Source: the human T2T-CHM13v2.0 reference genome, Homo sapiens. Taken from it: DNA of 64,000 nucleotides. The DNA lies in assembly GCF_009914755.1 (NCBI RefSeq), contig NC_060934.1. The stretch is one strand, 5' to 3'. Shown one piece after another: positions 29,851-44,719 of the stretch. The notes beneath the pieces were generated by a model, which made no database searches, had not been told where the DNA came from, and was given only the letters and a program-made list of their open reading frames with translations. The translations under genes and the position numbers were made by a program. The first letter of the stretch is position 1, and every line of letters starts with the position of its first letter.

Positions 29851-31665
29851 GCTGTTGTCAAGGCGTGTGGGATTTAGAGGGTTTTCTATACTGAGTCTTC
29901 CTCGGAGCAGGTGAATTCTGCATAGCTGGCCCAGTTCTGTGTCTTAAGTATGGGGAGAGAGTGGGGGCTGGAGAAATCACTAGCAGGGGAGGAGCCCTGA
30001 GGTTGCCGAGGGGGATCGGAGCTACTTCCCAAGGCGCCTACACCGCCCGTAGACTGGGAAACTACGGTCACAAAGGGTCAGCGCATTCCCCAAGGTCCCA
30101 GAGCCACACGCAGCATGGCTGGCATTTGAAAGTCAAAGCAGAGGAAGCAGGCAGGTGGCTCTTGTTGAACTGGCTTCCAGAGTCTGTGTTGGGCAGAGAG
30201 ATCCTTCCCCGAGAGTGGAGTGGCCTCGTGCTCACCTGGGTTCAGCGTCAAGGTTCACCTGGAATCACCTGCACTCTTGTCCTTGACCAAGGCAGGGTGG
30301 TTAGCCATGGGCTGATAGCCTTGGAGAGCCTGATTCAGCCTTTGGGTAGAGCTGGGTCAGTCCAGCCTCAGGGCCATCACTCACCCGAAGCATTGTGGTA
30401 ACCTGCCTGCCCCTGGAGACCCCGGGTGTGGGGCAGGGTGACCGTGGTGGAGAGTGGGAGCTGGCAGAGGTAAGGAGGCACACGTCTGCCACAGCACCAG
30501 AGCTCAGGGCGCCTGAGAAGCAAGGTCATAGCGTCCTGTTCTTGGACCCCGTCAGTCTCCACAGCTATAGGGGGCTCCATTGAAAAGAGTGTGCCAGACC
30601 TTCTCTGTCTGTGCCCTGGTGAGGGCTCACTCACTCTCCAGGCTTGCTGGGGGAGGAGGCACGAACTTCGGTGGAAAGAACAGAACTCAGGAGCCAGAGA
30701 ATGGAGTTTGACTCCTGCCTCGGACACTCATGTATAAAGTGAGGATAGTAATACTGCTGAATCCCTGGGTCTGTTAGAGAATGAAGCGAGGAAAGTCAGG
30801 CAGAGCACTTAACTAAGTGCCCAGCTCGCATTAAGTACACCATGCTCATGCCCATGGCCAGGATGGTGTGTTCCAGCTGCAACCTTTAGCAGGGGCCCTG
30901 GAAGTGCTTGTGTCTTCTGCTTTGTCCATCATTAGCAGCAGCAGAAGGTAGGGCAGTGTTTGCTTCTCAAACCAGGTTTCTCACACATTGAAAGATATTC
31001 TGCATTTAAATTTACATGATAAATTAAAATATAAGCCATTGGGATGAACACCTTATAATCAAATACTCCCAGGTGACCTAGTGCCTGAGTTTACCTGAGT
31101 GTTTAAAATCAAGTTGGCGACAAGGAACAGCGAACACGACTGCCTTTAATATTTAGTTAGACCCTGGTGGGGTGAGGCTCCCAGGAGTGGCTTCCCTTTG
31201 GGCCCTTCCTCTGTCCTCCCAGGTGGCTGAGGGGGACCTACAACCCTAGTCAGCAGTTGGGAATCCGTCCTCATCAGTGAGCTACCTGGCTTCCATGAAA
31301 CTAGGGTCGTGTCTAGGGATCTAGTGTTTTGGAAGCTCCTGGAAATGAGGTTGGCCAAGAGGGTCTTCTGGAAATCTCCGCTCACTGAGCCATCATCCTA
31401 CGCCAGTGGTCAAATTCTGCCAGAACCACACTGCAGATCATGTTTAATTAGAGTTCTTAGGGTACTTTTGTTTTTACGTAGCGACGTTGTTTGTTTTTTT
31501 CTAGTTGTTATAAGCATTGCAGGGCTATCTGTTGTTTCACGTGCTTAAATATTTAAGCCAGTCAATGCCGGAACCTAGGGATCGTTTCCACCTTCTTTTT
31601 GAAAAGGGTCACATTACTGGAAGAAGAAACCTGGAGCTGATTCACAAAGGTAGAGTAATCCTGTC

Positions 31666-31700
31666 TGCAGTTGAGAGTTGAAGCCACGAGGTGGCGCCCT
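31666..31700 (+). promoter_or_regulatory. Candidate CTCF site (core + upstream motif)
   Basis: Core CCACGAGGTGGCGC at 31684-31697, with TGCAG ending 13 nt before it. Confidence 0.65.
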
Positions 31701-32679
31701 CAGCACACTACTTGAGCTGTTGGGTTTTCCAGCGGCAATGACCAGCACGGGGACAGAGGATGTCCTGAAGAGGGGCTCTGTCCGCTTCAGGACGTCCAGG
31801 GGAGTCACCTGTGTAACACTCACAGGAAATACATGCTTCTGTGGGTACACAGCTGGGAACAGGGTGAGGCAAGTGAGTTATCTTGGGTGCAAATTTTAAG
31901 GGGCAATGAGCGCCCCTCTCCCCTCACCCTGGTCCCGGCCCTGGGCCACCGGACTGGGACATGTCTGTGAGGACCAGAGTTGGGGAGCGGCTCCCTGACA
32001 CCCCAGGAGAGAGGGTGATGCTTTGACCTCAGCCCTGGTCAGGTGGGGCCTACACCACGGGGACGCTAAAGCCCCTATTCTGATCCAGAGGCTGTGGCCG
32101 GAATAGACGGATGTACTTTCTGGGAGGGGATTAAGGGGATGGACGAGGTGCTGCCCCATCCCTATTCCCACTATGAATTGGAGCCACAGGGACATGGAGG
32201 GTGTGGAGCTGAGCCGAGTGCGTCCCTGGAGTGCCCTTTCCTGTCTGCACTCGGGCTGGGCCAGCCTCCTGTGGCTCCTGCACATGGCAGCCCCCCTCAG
32301 CTGGAGGAGCCACAGTGGAGCAGGCGTGGAGTCCGTGGCACCGTGGCAGGGGGTCTCTGTCCAGGGCCTGGGTACTCGGTGACACTGGGAGAGAATGCAG
32401 CCTGCAGCGTGGCCTCGGAAACTGGAATAAGAGAGCTGACCTATGAAGGAGGCACGGGAAGCTGGGTGCAGAGATGACCGAGAAACTGGCAAACATTTTG
32501 GTAAACCAGAGCACCATGCTGCGTGAGTGAGGAGTAACCAAGGTGGAAGTGTTAAGGATGAGGTGGAACGAATATTCATACCATACAGTAACTAACACTG
32601 AACACAGTCACCTGGAAGAGAAGACTGGGGAGAATCGGGACATTAAGGCTCCTGGGCACTTGCGGTTTTTACTCCGGGT

Positions 32680-33144
32680 CAGCGCTGTCCAACAGGGATA
32701 TAGTTTGAACCACGTCTATAATTAAACGCTTTCTGGTAGCCATATTAAAAAAGAAACAGGTGAAATTGGTTTAATAACATATTTTATTTAGGGCAATATA
32801 TGCAAAATACTATCATTTCCACATATAATCATTTATAAATATTATTTATTGAAACATTTTGTATTCCTTTTTTTATACCAACTCTTTCAAATCCGGTGCA
32901 TATTTTACATTTATAGCATATTCCAATTTGGATACTAAATTTCTGCTGCAAATATTTTATCTGTATTTAGAGTTTACAAAATTTAGAGTTAAAAAAAGAT
33001 TTTCAAGTTGTTCTAAACATGCGTTTTTAGTAATTGGATTGTGTATCAATTTCTAAATTAAGATTAAATAAAATTGAACATTTAAGTGCTCGGTTGATCT
33101 AATTTCAAATGTGATTAGTGGCCCTACTGTATTGGATAGTGCAG
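32680..33144 (+). mobile_element. MER33-like hAT-Charlie element
   Basis: TIR-like ends cagcgctgtccaa ... ttggatagtgcag; gaaacaggtgaaatt body. Confidence 0.75.
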
Positions 33145-33149
33145 TGGTA

Positions 33150-34280
33150 GGCATTTAAAAGTAAAGTATTCATGTTAAAAATGTTAAGAATAACAAGCAA
33201 AGAATAGAAGTAGAATATATAACTTCTAAAACAGTAGAGGGGGCTGCATACAAAAAAAATCCCGATCAATTCAACAGAAGGGGAAGTGAGAAAACAATAA
33301 AACAAAAATTATGATAAATAGAAACACAAAAGAAGAAGATAAAAATAGGTATAAATGCCATAAATTTATCAGTAACAGTAGTAAATGTAAACAGATTAAT
33401 CTCACACATTAAAAGACAGAAGTACTTAGGTTGGAATTTTTAAAAATCCAGTTGTAGCTGCTTGTGAAGAGACATCTAAAATATAAGAACACAGAAATGT
33501 TGAAAATAAATGAATGGAAAAAGATATGTGAGACAAATAGGAATTAAAATAAAACTAGTGTAGTGAACTCATATTAATATGGACAAGACAGACTAAGGAA
33601 AATCTTTATTAGGGATAAAGATTGTCATTGCAAGATTATAAAAGAAACAATTCATAGAGATACAACAATCTTGAGCCTATATACACCTAGCAACATAGCC
33701 TGGAAGGAAAGAAAACAAATAAAAGTCTGTGACATAATGTGAAGAATTTGAAAATTCACAATCTTAGTGGAAATTTTATGATAACACTCTCAGAAACTGA
33801 TAGACCAAGTAGAACACTAGCAACAAATTAGTAGAGAAAGAGATTTTGAACAATGCATTAAGAAAACCTAATATAATAGATACATGTAGAAGCCTGTACC
33901 CATGGAATATTTATAGAAATTGACCATGTACCACTTCACAAGAGGGTTCAATAAATAAACACTAAAGAATCAATATTACTCAATGTTGTCTAACCTTGAT
34001 ATAATAAAATTATACAACAATAAGAAGACTAAAAAACATACATCTAAAAATCATACATCTAAACACCGAAAAATACATTGTAATTTGTGTCTAAAAGGAG
34101 ATATTGGAATAGAAATTACAAAATATTTAGAATCAAATGCAACATAGAACCACAATTTAAGACTTGTTGTACACAGCTAACATGGTACTTTGAAGGAAAT
34201 TTATGGCATTAAATGTGTACATTAGAAAATAAGAAAGGTTGTAAATTAATTAACTGAAAATTTAACTAAAGAATTAAGAA
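33150..34280 (+). mobile_element. Old L1M fragment (ORF2 endonuclease region)
   Basis: A-rich, colinear with start of L1 ORF2. Confidence 0.7.
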
Positions 34281-34389
34281 AAAGATAGCATGTGATGACA
34301 GTTCAGCTTTTATTTTCTCTCCTAAATTTAGCTTTGAAGGGGAAATGGGTTCTCAATGTTCTACACAATTTCTAACTGTTGAGGGTTCC

Positions 34390-35550
<1,161 letters not shown>

Positions 35551-35864
35551 ATACTAACCTGTTAGCACAGGGATTTTTATCCTTATTTCATAGCTGAGGA
35601 CTGCAAGGCCCAGAGGGGCTGACTGTAATTTTTCAAGACATTTTTGGTTAAAAAAAAAAAAAACCTAATGGTTTTAGCAAAACCCTTGAGATGACCTCTG
35701 AATGGACCATCATGGATCATGTGCACAGACCTGAACCCATCGTTGCAGCTGGGGCAGGGAACAGTCTCATATGGTGGGCCTTGGTCATGCATCCATCCCA
35801 CTGCTGAGGGTGGAATCAGTTCCAACCAACACACATGGTGTGAGGATGAGTGAGGGGAGGCTTC

Positions 35865-36392
35865 TAAAGCAGCTTTATTTGTAATAGCCTCAAACTGGAA
35901 ACAGTCAAGATGGTTAAACAGGTGAATGGTTAAACACCCTGTGCACAGCCATGCCATGGATTCTATCTAGCAATGAAAAGGAAAGGACTATGAATGCTTG
36001 CAGCCACTTGGGTGGATCTCAAGGACATTACGTTTAGCGAAAAAAGCCAGTCCCAAAAGGACATAGGCTGCATTATTTCATGTATATAACATTCTCTAAA
36101 TGAGTTGGAGAGCAGATGAGAGGTGGCCAGGGGTTAGGGACAAATGGGGCAGAAGGCAGGTGTGACTACAAGGGACAGCATGAGGGATAGCTTACAGCCA
36201 CAGGATAGTTCTGCACCCTGGTGGTTACATAAATCTGCATGTAATACAACTGGAGTGATAGACATTGCATCAATGCCAGTTCCCTGGTTTTGATATTGTA
36301 CTAAGTTATGTAAGATAGAATCACTGAGAGACACTGAGTCAAGGGGATCTGGGACCTCTTTGATTATTTTTGCAACTTCCTGTGAATCTGCA
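35865..36392 (+). mobile_element. L1MC-type 3'UTR fragment
   Basis: aaaaagccagtcccaaaagg...ttgatattgtactaagttatgtaagat...tttttgcaacttcctgtgaatct. Confidence 0.7.
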
Positions 36393-38551
36393 AAAGAGTA
36401 GGTACTCACTAGTGGCAACAATATACATTACCAGTCTAACATGTGTACACATAGATAGGTCTTGTTAGGATGTTGAAACTGTGCCAATGCATGTTATTAT
36501 TACTACAGTTTTAAAGATTTCTCTAAAAAATCAAAAAGCAAAATGTATATGATAATTAAAGAATACAAAAAATTAAAAAACATTTGATAAAATTAAATTC
36601 TTATTGTGATTTTAAAAATAAAAAATAAATCTAAAAATTAAACTGTTAGCGTTTCTGGTGTTTGTTTTGCATCTAGTGGGTGCTATGAAGAATCTATGTC
36701 ATACTTTACGCAAGTGACATTATACATCCAGAACAACACATATGCATCTAAGAGGGAGTGAGCTGTTTAATAGCATGAAATATTTCCAGGCTGCAATGAA
36801 GAACCATTGTGAATTTTGCAATGATATGTAAGTACCTATGAAACTATGAATTTGAACTCAAAGAGCAGAAAAAAAAATACATGTCTGGCACTATTCAGAG
36901 ATGAGATTTCTTATGGAGAACCTACTACATTTAGGTGATCTGAGAGGAAGCCTCTGGAAGTTTAGATTTTTTTCCTATTGCTTCCACGTTCAATTCCTCC
37001 TAGACATGGAAGCAATGTTCCTGCTGGCAATGGCACAACCCATAAACCTAAGCTGATCCTGCAAGCCAAATCCATAACATTTGGATCCAATCACATTTTC
37101 TTTTGAGGACATACATAGGGCAAGAGATGAGGTGCTGGACAATGCCAGTCCAGTGAGCAGGTGTGCAGGGTCAGGGCCATGGGTCATGCAGGGCAGCACT
37201 GGGCACACCTCTCGAGGAACAGAGGTGCCCATTCCATACATCCATGAATAGATGTGTGCTGTTTGGGTTCTCATGGGCCCTCAAAGTGTAGAGTCCAAGA
37301 TAGGGCCCTCCTTGGTTTCCTGGACAGGTAGCATCTTAGTGCTTATGTGGGTATGAAGTCACTGCTGACTCCATGGCCATGTGTCACCAGGTTTACACCT
37401 TACCCTCCAGCAGGCTGAGCTGTCAGAGCATATGGAGGCTGCCTTGCTCACCTTGGTCTTTCCACTCAGGAATAGCACACAGATGCTGGGGCTCAGAAGC
37501 TTTTGGGGAAATGAGCTGCACAGGATTCTCTGTGGGTCCACTGGGAGCCCAGCTCTGTGGTCTCTCCCTGTGAAGTAGAGCACAACCTCGCTGCAGGGAG
37601 ACTTCTGGGTTTGCTGCTCCTGGGCCAGGGAGCTGCTACTGCAGTTATGCCTTGGACTCCGTGCCACTCTGAAATGCAGGGGCAAAGACTTCAACCAATG
37701 CTGCTTCCAGACCAGCTTATCCTAGTGTTACTTTTGGAAAATGCTTTCTTCTTGTTTTTTAAAAAATTTATCAAGCATTAGTTTCTTTAGAGATGGCCCT
37801 CCAAATCCCTTCCCTGTCAGTGTGCTCATGCCCTTCCTCCTGCCAAGAGGTGGAAATGATGCTACAGTAGTTCTGCATGTAGACCCTAAGAAGCCTGGAA
37901 GCTTCACTGTCTTTCTCTCTGGAAGCCAAGCTGTCATATTTTATAAGATTTGCACTGTCTAACGAATGATGAGAGGGCATGGAGGGAAAGAGAGTCTGCA
38001 AAGGAAGAGCACTGAGGCACCAGTCTTGTGAATAAAGCTTCCCTTGGATATTCGAGCTCCCAGCCCCCTAGTGAATGCAGCCAGGTGGCTCTCAGTCCAT
38101 GCTGTGTGGAGCAGAAGAACCCCCCAGCCAAGCCCTGCCTGCTTCCTGTCCCACAGAATTGTGAGAAATAATAAGTAGTTGTTATTTCAAACCACCATAT
38201 TTTGTTATGTAGCAGCAGATATCTGAAACACTCCTCAATAAAGCTTGGGAAAACTTGACTGTTAAATGTTTGATTGAGCACCTACTATTTCTTAGGTCTG
38301 TACTAGGGGCTATGGCTATGGAGATAAACAAGAAAAATTCCCTGACTCAAGAGCTCACTAATCAAAATGGCAAGGAGGAAATTATAACAGAGCAATTTGC
38401 AGAATGGATGAGCAATAGGAAAAGTGTAGGGGACTGTAGAGGACTAGGAGGGAGGGAGAATCCTATCCCACAAAGGCAGGATCAAGGACTGAAATCTCCC
38501 CCAGTGCCACCACCCAGCAACAACTACTGGGGGCAGTTTTTTTTTTTTTTT

Positions 38552-38876
38552 CAGTTGCAAGATTTAATAGAGTGAAATAGAGTGAAAACAGAGCTCCCAT
38601 ACAAAGGGAAGGGACCCAAAGGCGGTTGCCGTTGCTGGCTCGAATGCCTGGGTTTATATTGCAATCCTTGTCCCTCCCACTGTGCTCTCAGGCAATAGAT
38701 GATTGGCTATTTCTTTACCTCCTGTTTTTGCCTAATTAGCATTTTAGTGAGCTCTCTGATTGGTTGGGTGTGAGCTAAGTTGCAAGCTCCGTGTTTAAAG
38801 GTGGATGCGGTCACCTTCCCAGCTAGGTTTAGGGATTCTTAATCGGCCTAGGAAATCCAGCTAGTCCTGTCTCTCA
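38552..38876 (-). mobile_element. LTR17 U3-R without U5
   Basis: Starts TGAGAGACAGGACTAGCTGGATTTCCTAGG after the polypurine tract; ends ATTAAATCTTGCAACTG + poly(A). Confidence 0.92.
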
Positions 38877-38934
38877 GTCCCCTCTCTCAACAGGAAAACC
38901 CAAGTGCTGTTGGTGAGGTTGGCTGATGACCACT

Positions 38935-39150
38935 CTAACTGCTTCCTGCTGAACTGGGGCATAGTAGGGGTTGTGCAGTTGAGATTTCCTCAGGAGGAGT
39001 GACTTCGATGTCATTAACACCAGAGCATGGGCTAGCAGGCCAGTCTAGGGGTCCGTGGGAGATCTTAGACATGGACTGCATCTGGGGTTCCATTTGAAGA
39101 ACGATTTGTAGTTTTACAGTTTTAATTCTGGAAGACACAAACTTAACAAG
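38935..39150 (-). pseudogene. HERV-W env TM cytoplasmic-tail remnant (syncytin-1 paralogue fragment)
   Basis: SSRIKTVKLQIVLQMEPQMQSM...TPPEEISTAQPLLCPSSAGSS*. Confidence 0.9.
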
Positions 39151-39427
39151 GTGGTTAAAGATACAGGGATTGAAATGTATGGCCTGCAGTGCAGGGGATT
39201 ACTTCTTTGGCACACTTCACAGGCCCTGACTATCTGCTTGATAGTTTTGAAAAGGCCTGGTTCAGTAAATAATAATTTGGCCATCTGATGGGTGCTATCG
39301 ATGCCTAAGTGGAAGGTTTGGTGAAGGCTTTTAAGTAATTTTATTGGTTAGCTCCAGGCAAAAGTATTTTTCCTTCTTCAGTGGCTAGCCATCTGGAGGG
39401 GAGGAAAGTATGTCCTTGTGAGGTTCC

Positions 39428-40260
39428 TTATTCTATTTTTCCTGCTGAATACTGGGGCTTGGTTTCCCGGAGGGGATTACCCTGTACTAGGGGCCCTTCC
39501 ATAAGCATTTCTAATGGAGGGTCCTGCCTTGCGGCTCTTTTGACTTTAAGATCCGCTTGGCGGTTCCTTTCTATTTCCCTTTCCTTTCCTTTCTGGTGAC
39601 CCCAACAGTGTAAGACTGCCACCTCTTTAGGTTTCTGTATAGCCAATAGTAATCTCCTAATGGCTTCCTGATGTTCTATAGGTGTTCCCTCGGAAATTAG
39701 GAATTCCCTTTCTCTCCATATTGCTGCATGGGCATGGAGGACTAGGTAAGCAGACTTAGAGTCTGTATATATATTTACCCTTTTCCCTTCTCCTAATTCT
39801 AGTGCCCGAGTGAGGGTTATTAGTTCTGCCAGCTGAGCACTAGTTCCTGGAGTGAGGGGATTACTTTCAAGTATTCCTTTATTACTGACCACTGCAACCC
39901 CTGCTTTTCAAAGTCCTTTTTCTACAAAGGGACTTCCACCAGTATACAAGTTGAGGTTGGGATCAGTCAAGGGAACCTCTAAAAGGTCCCCTCAAGTGGC
40001 ATAGGTTTGAGCGATTACTTGTTGACAGTTATGTTCTATCTTTTCTTCATTGTCTGGGACATATGTGGCTGGATTAAGAGTTGCACAAGTGCGCAGTTGC
40101 AGCACTGGCCCTTCAAGTAATAGAGCCTGATATTTAAGTAAATGGTTAGCTGACAGCCACAAGTCTCCTTTAGCAGTGAGTATGCTGTTCATTTCATGAG
40201 ATTTCCACACAGTAAGATCTCTTCCCTGTATTATTTTAACTGCTTCAGATACTAAGACTG
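39428..40260 (-). pseudogene. HERV-W pol remnant (connection + RNase H), disrupted
   Basis: VLVSEAVKIIQGRDLTVW; SAQLAELITLTRALELGEGKRVNIYTDSKSAY; VLHCWGHQKG. Confidence 0.9.
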
Positions 40261-40776
40261 GGCAGTTTGTAGCATTTCTCTCCAGCGTTTTGTCAGTGGA
40301 TTGATTTGCCATGGATGCAGTGACAAAGCTGGTTATAAATAATGTTGAAGACTCACTATGTGCTGGGTGCTGGGAGCCATTCCACTGCTTCCCTTGAAAC
40401 CACTCAGAAAGAAGGCTACTGCTGTAGTACCCATTGGATAGATGAGGAAGCCGAGGCTTACAGAACTGAAGGTCAGGCAGCCAGTAAGGCACAGAGGCAG
40501 GACTCCCACCCAGGCACTTCAACCCCAGAGCCGGTGCCTGCAGCCAGACTGCTCACCTGCTTTCTAACTTAACATTATAAATTAAGCATATCCTTACGGT
40601 ATTAAAAATGATGTCTGAAACAGCATATTACTCACTGTATACCATGTTACTTTAAAGTCTAAGATTGAACACTTCAGATTATTTCCAATATGCAGAGAGC
40701 ACTTTTCCACATGAGGAGTTACTTTTGTGTTTATTTATGGGCCCATATTCTTCTATCATTTAAAAAATGGTTTGAA

Positions 40777-41123
<347 letters not shown>

Positions 41124-41888
41124 TTAGGATAAATTCACAGAAGGGTAAATAACAAATATTTTAATTTTGGGGTTTTTCACAAGAAATTTCTGGAAGCAAA
41201 AGGCAATTGATCTTGGTGGGTGACAAAGTTACGCCCATCAATATTTACAGCAATTATCCCCACATTTCACAGTTTCTCCGGAAGCACAGAGAGGCACTTC
41301 TGCAGAGGACCCAGCCAGTTATAATGAAACTGCCCGTGAATTTCTTCTCAAAACTTGAAGTGAATCTGCGGCTAAGGTTTGAGAATTCAAATGTGCCCCC
41401 TGGGCTGGTCCTTCAGCAGACGAGGGCAAAAAGCAGAAGTGGCTTCACCTCCCTGCCCTTCCCCATACCTCAGAATTGGGCTAGCTTTTGGTAGGCCCTG
41501 CTGCGGGTGGGTGGCATGGGTCATTTGAGCCACACGTCTTCTTGGTATTTGGTGGTGGGGATGGGGACTCCTCCTTAAGAAGCAAATATTGCCACTGTTT
41601 TGCCTTCCCTGGGCCTGATGTCATCCCAAATGTCGCAACTGCTCATGAGGGCAGGCAGGGAGGGTCCTACAACCCCTATTTATAGATGCAGAGGCTCTGG
41701 AAATAACCTGCCCTACCAGCTGCTTCTCACCCCGCTTCTCTGGTGATGAGTCCTTCTTATGTTACCAATGAGTCTGAAAACCCCTGGGACCCTATTGGCC
41801 CCAGAGCCAGGGAGGAAGAAGCATTCCTCTTCATTTCCTCCTACTCTCTTATGTGAGGTAGTGGTAAGATCAGACAAACCTCTGATAT

Positions 41889-42775
41889 AGTGGTGTGCTG
41901 GTAAATGCTTAACCCACCCCTAAAAAAAAGAATATAAATATATATATACATATTTATGATTGTTATAAATTTTACTGCTATAAAGGATGTGTAATGAACA
42001 CTTTACAAATAATAATAATAAAACAGGCAATACTCTATGTTGTAAATTCCTTATAGTTGATTGATTCTAACAGAATGCTTTCACTGACTTTTGCCAAACA
42101 TTGGTATCCCTAGCCAATCTATGGTCTCAATTTAACCATTATTTGACAAATGGAGTTGCATTCCAATCCACAGCACTTTATCTAATACATTTATAGTCAT
42201 GAAATCTGATGTGTAATCTGCTGCTAAGTGATGTCTCCTTCCCATACAAACTATATTGATTATCCTGCAGCCACTTTCAGATTCAGCACTAGCTTATATT
42301 GGAACTTCACTCATTTGTCAACGGGTGTGAGTGACTTTGTTTACTTGGATAATAGTTTTCAAATATGGGAAAAATATTATCTCAATCTTTGCACTATTCA
42401 CAATGCAAGGGCTATAGACATAGCACAATTTAAGTTTAATCTACATTATTAACCTCCCTTTTCTGAAGTCTAAAGAAAAAAACAATAAACCAAGCCCTTG
42501 TTTGTAGGGTTTTCCAATTTCCATGGTGTAAATTCTCCCTCTGTGGACAATTGGAAGCTACCAACATGACATCCCTACATGCAGAGTTGGGAAGGAACAT
42601 GCAGTAGCCACCAGGATAGAGGGTTTCCACCACTCAGAACTACAGGCGTGCCTCGCCTATTTAGGTAACAGCAAAATGTAATAGAGTGGTGCATTTTGAG
42701 TATTAATTACCTTTGTATAATAACATAAGTTATTAAATTATATGTTTATATAATTTAATTTTAGTTTTAATGGCA
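41889..42775. mobile_element. MER63-type hAT-Blackjack DNA transposon relic
   Basis: Begins agtggtgtgctggtaaatgcttaac; internal gctaccaacatgacatc...gagttgggaag. Confidence 0.6.
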
Positions 42776-43025
42776 CAGAAGTATCTTTCTTCTTTCTGGA
42801 TCAACCACATAGAATTTCAATTCTACTGTGAATATTATCTTTGAAATCACAATATTGTCAATGCTATATATTTGCTTTCTAGTTTTTAGAGTTGACCTAT
42901 AAACAAAGCAAGTAAGACACTTTTAGTTAGCTAATACAAATATTTTAAACCATGATGATATAAAAATAATAATATAGAAAACAAAAGATGGGGAGGAGCA
43001 AGGGAGGAAGAATAACTACATCAGT

Positions 43026-43436
43026 ACAGATTGAATGTCCTTTATCCAAAACGCTTGGGTTTGTAACACAAAGGATAAATGCTTGAGGGGATGGGTACCC
43101 CATTCTCCATGATGTGATTATTTCACATTGCATTCCTATATCAAAACATCTCGTGTACCCCATAAGTATATATACCTACTATGTACACCCAAAAATTAAA
43201 AACAAAGAAAATTAAACAAAACAAAATGCTTGGAACGAGAAATGTTTTGGATTTTTGATTGTTTTAGATTTGGGGATATTTGCACCATGCTTACTGGTTG
43301 AGCATCCCTAATCTGAGAATCTGAAATCTGACACAGCCCAATGAGCTTTTCATGTGAATATTATCTCAGGGCTCAAAAAGTTTCAGATTTTGGAGCATTT
43401 CAGATTTTCATTTTGGATTAGGGATACTCAACCTCT
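43026..43436. mobile_element. Tigger4/MER46-type element interrupted by an L1MA 3' end (43059-43222)
   Basis: ggttgagcatccctaatc...ggattagggatactcaacct; L1 insert flanked by aaaa(c/t)gcttgg TSD. Confidence 0.7.
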
Positions 43437-44719
43437 ATTCTTGTCTTTCATAGTTGTGAATGCCATCTTAATTTGATACATAAAAAAGTGAATATACTAT
43501 TTAAGGTCATGAAGGAAATTATTGAAAGGTATGTAAAATATAATGAACAGAGTTGAAAAGGCAACATTTAGAAGGATAAAATAAAAATATAATTACAAAT
43601 CAGGAGTAGAAGAGAGTAAGAAGGAGATAGTGTAAGCACTCTAATTTTCTTATTTTTTATGTCTGAAGGCCCAAAGATATTGTCAAAAATTCATAAATCC
43701 TAAAGAAGTTTATTAGTTGAAGTTATAATGAAGATCAGAATATCTAAAAACAACTACTCTTGGTGATTATTTGGGCAAATGGAAAATGGTCAGGGGCAAA
43801 AGGGAAACTTCTTTTTATGTTCTTATAAACTGACTTTTGTTTTCCAGGTGCAAGTATTATTTTATAAGTAAAAAGAAACCAATATCTACTATTAAAAATG
43901 CAACTTCTGCTTCCTCCAGCCTGGACCTTATTTACTTTGCAGTAATCCCTTTTACAGTATATTTTGATTTCCACTATATGTAGAAACATCCCAGCAGGCC
44001 TGAAGTCACACTTAATTCCTGTGTCCAGTTCTCATGGCCCTTCACCTTCCCCTCCACCAGCGGGGGGTGGGGGTGGGGTGGGGGGGTTGGGGGGGGAGCA
44101 GAATTCTCCTGTTACACTGGAGAGCTGCCACATTTTGTGCCTGTCTACATCACAGTAATTCACAAAGTGCTAAACATTGCACTTTGCCATATGGTACATT
44201 CTTATTTTTCAATTCTCATTACCTCACATGTATAAACAAACAAACAAACAAAAAAGGCTTCAGGAAGTTCAGTGCCCTGCTCAGAGTCCTGCAGTTTAGT
44301 GGCTTACACTGGCAGGTTCCTTCTCTCCTGCAGCAGAGAATTAAGACAGAGAATCCAATATCCCCAGTGTATCCTCCCCCAGAAAATGTGGTGTTCCCCC
44401 GACAAAAAGAAGTCAATGTCTAATGTTCCCATCTTGTCTCATAATCCCTTTCAAAAAGGAGGAATTGCTGTCTGAGAGGGTATTTTGTTCCCCAGTGACT
44501 GAGGGCAGGGCAGGGGCAGGGAAGGCTTCCCCTCTCTTCTGGCCCTAGAGGCCCTGTAAATGCACTGTGCAGTCACTGACGTGCCCTCAGGCAGGGCCCT
44601 GGCGGGAAGGGGGCTGTTCCAGGTCTACCAGCTTCACACCCTTATTCTATTGAATTCTCATGAAAACAAAATCTGTGAAACAGCTGTGATCTTCATTTTC
44701 TGATGAGGGAACAGAGCCT

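Larger units (their letters stand above)
38537..40260 (-). mobile_element. HERV-W (HERV17/LTR17) processed retrocopy, 5'-truncated, ~1.72 kb
   Basis: pol connection/RNase H, env tail, PPT, U3-R only, poly(A) (T15 at 38537-38551), TSD gggcagttt (38531-38539 / 40260-40268). Confidence 0.93.

Noticed and set aside
28654-29914. Several 100-200 aa overlapping ORFs in the CpG island (also 44658-45293 and 58430-59035)
   Set aside because: GC-rich stop-codon depletion; no recognisable domain; present in multiple frames on both strands.
38935-39138. Syncytin-like functional env
   Set aside because: Only the cytoplasmic tail remains; signal peptide, SU and ectodomain are deleted.
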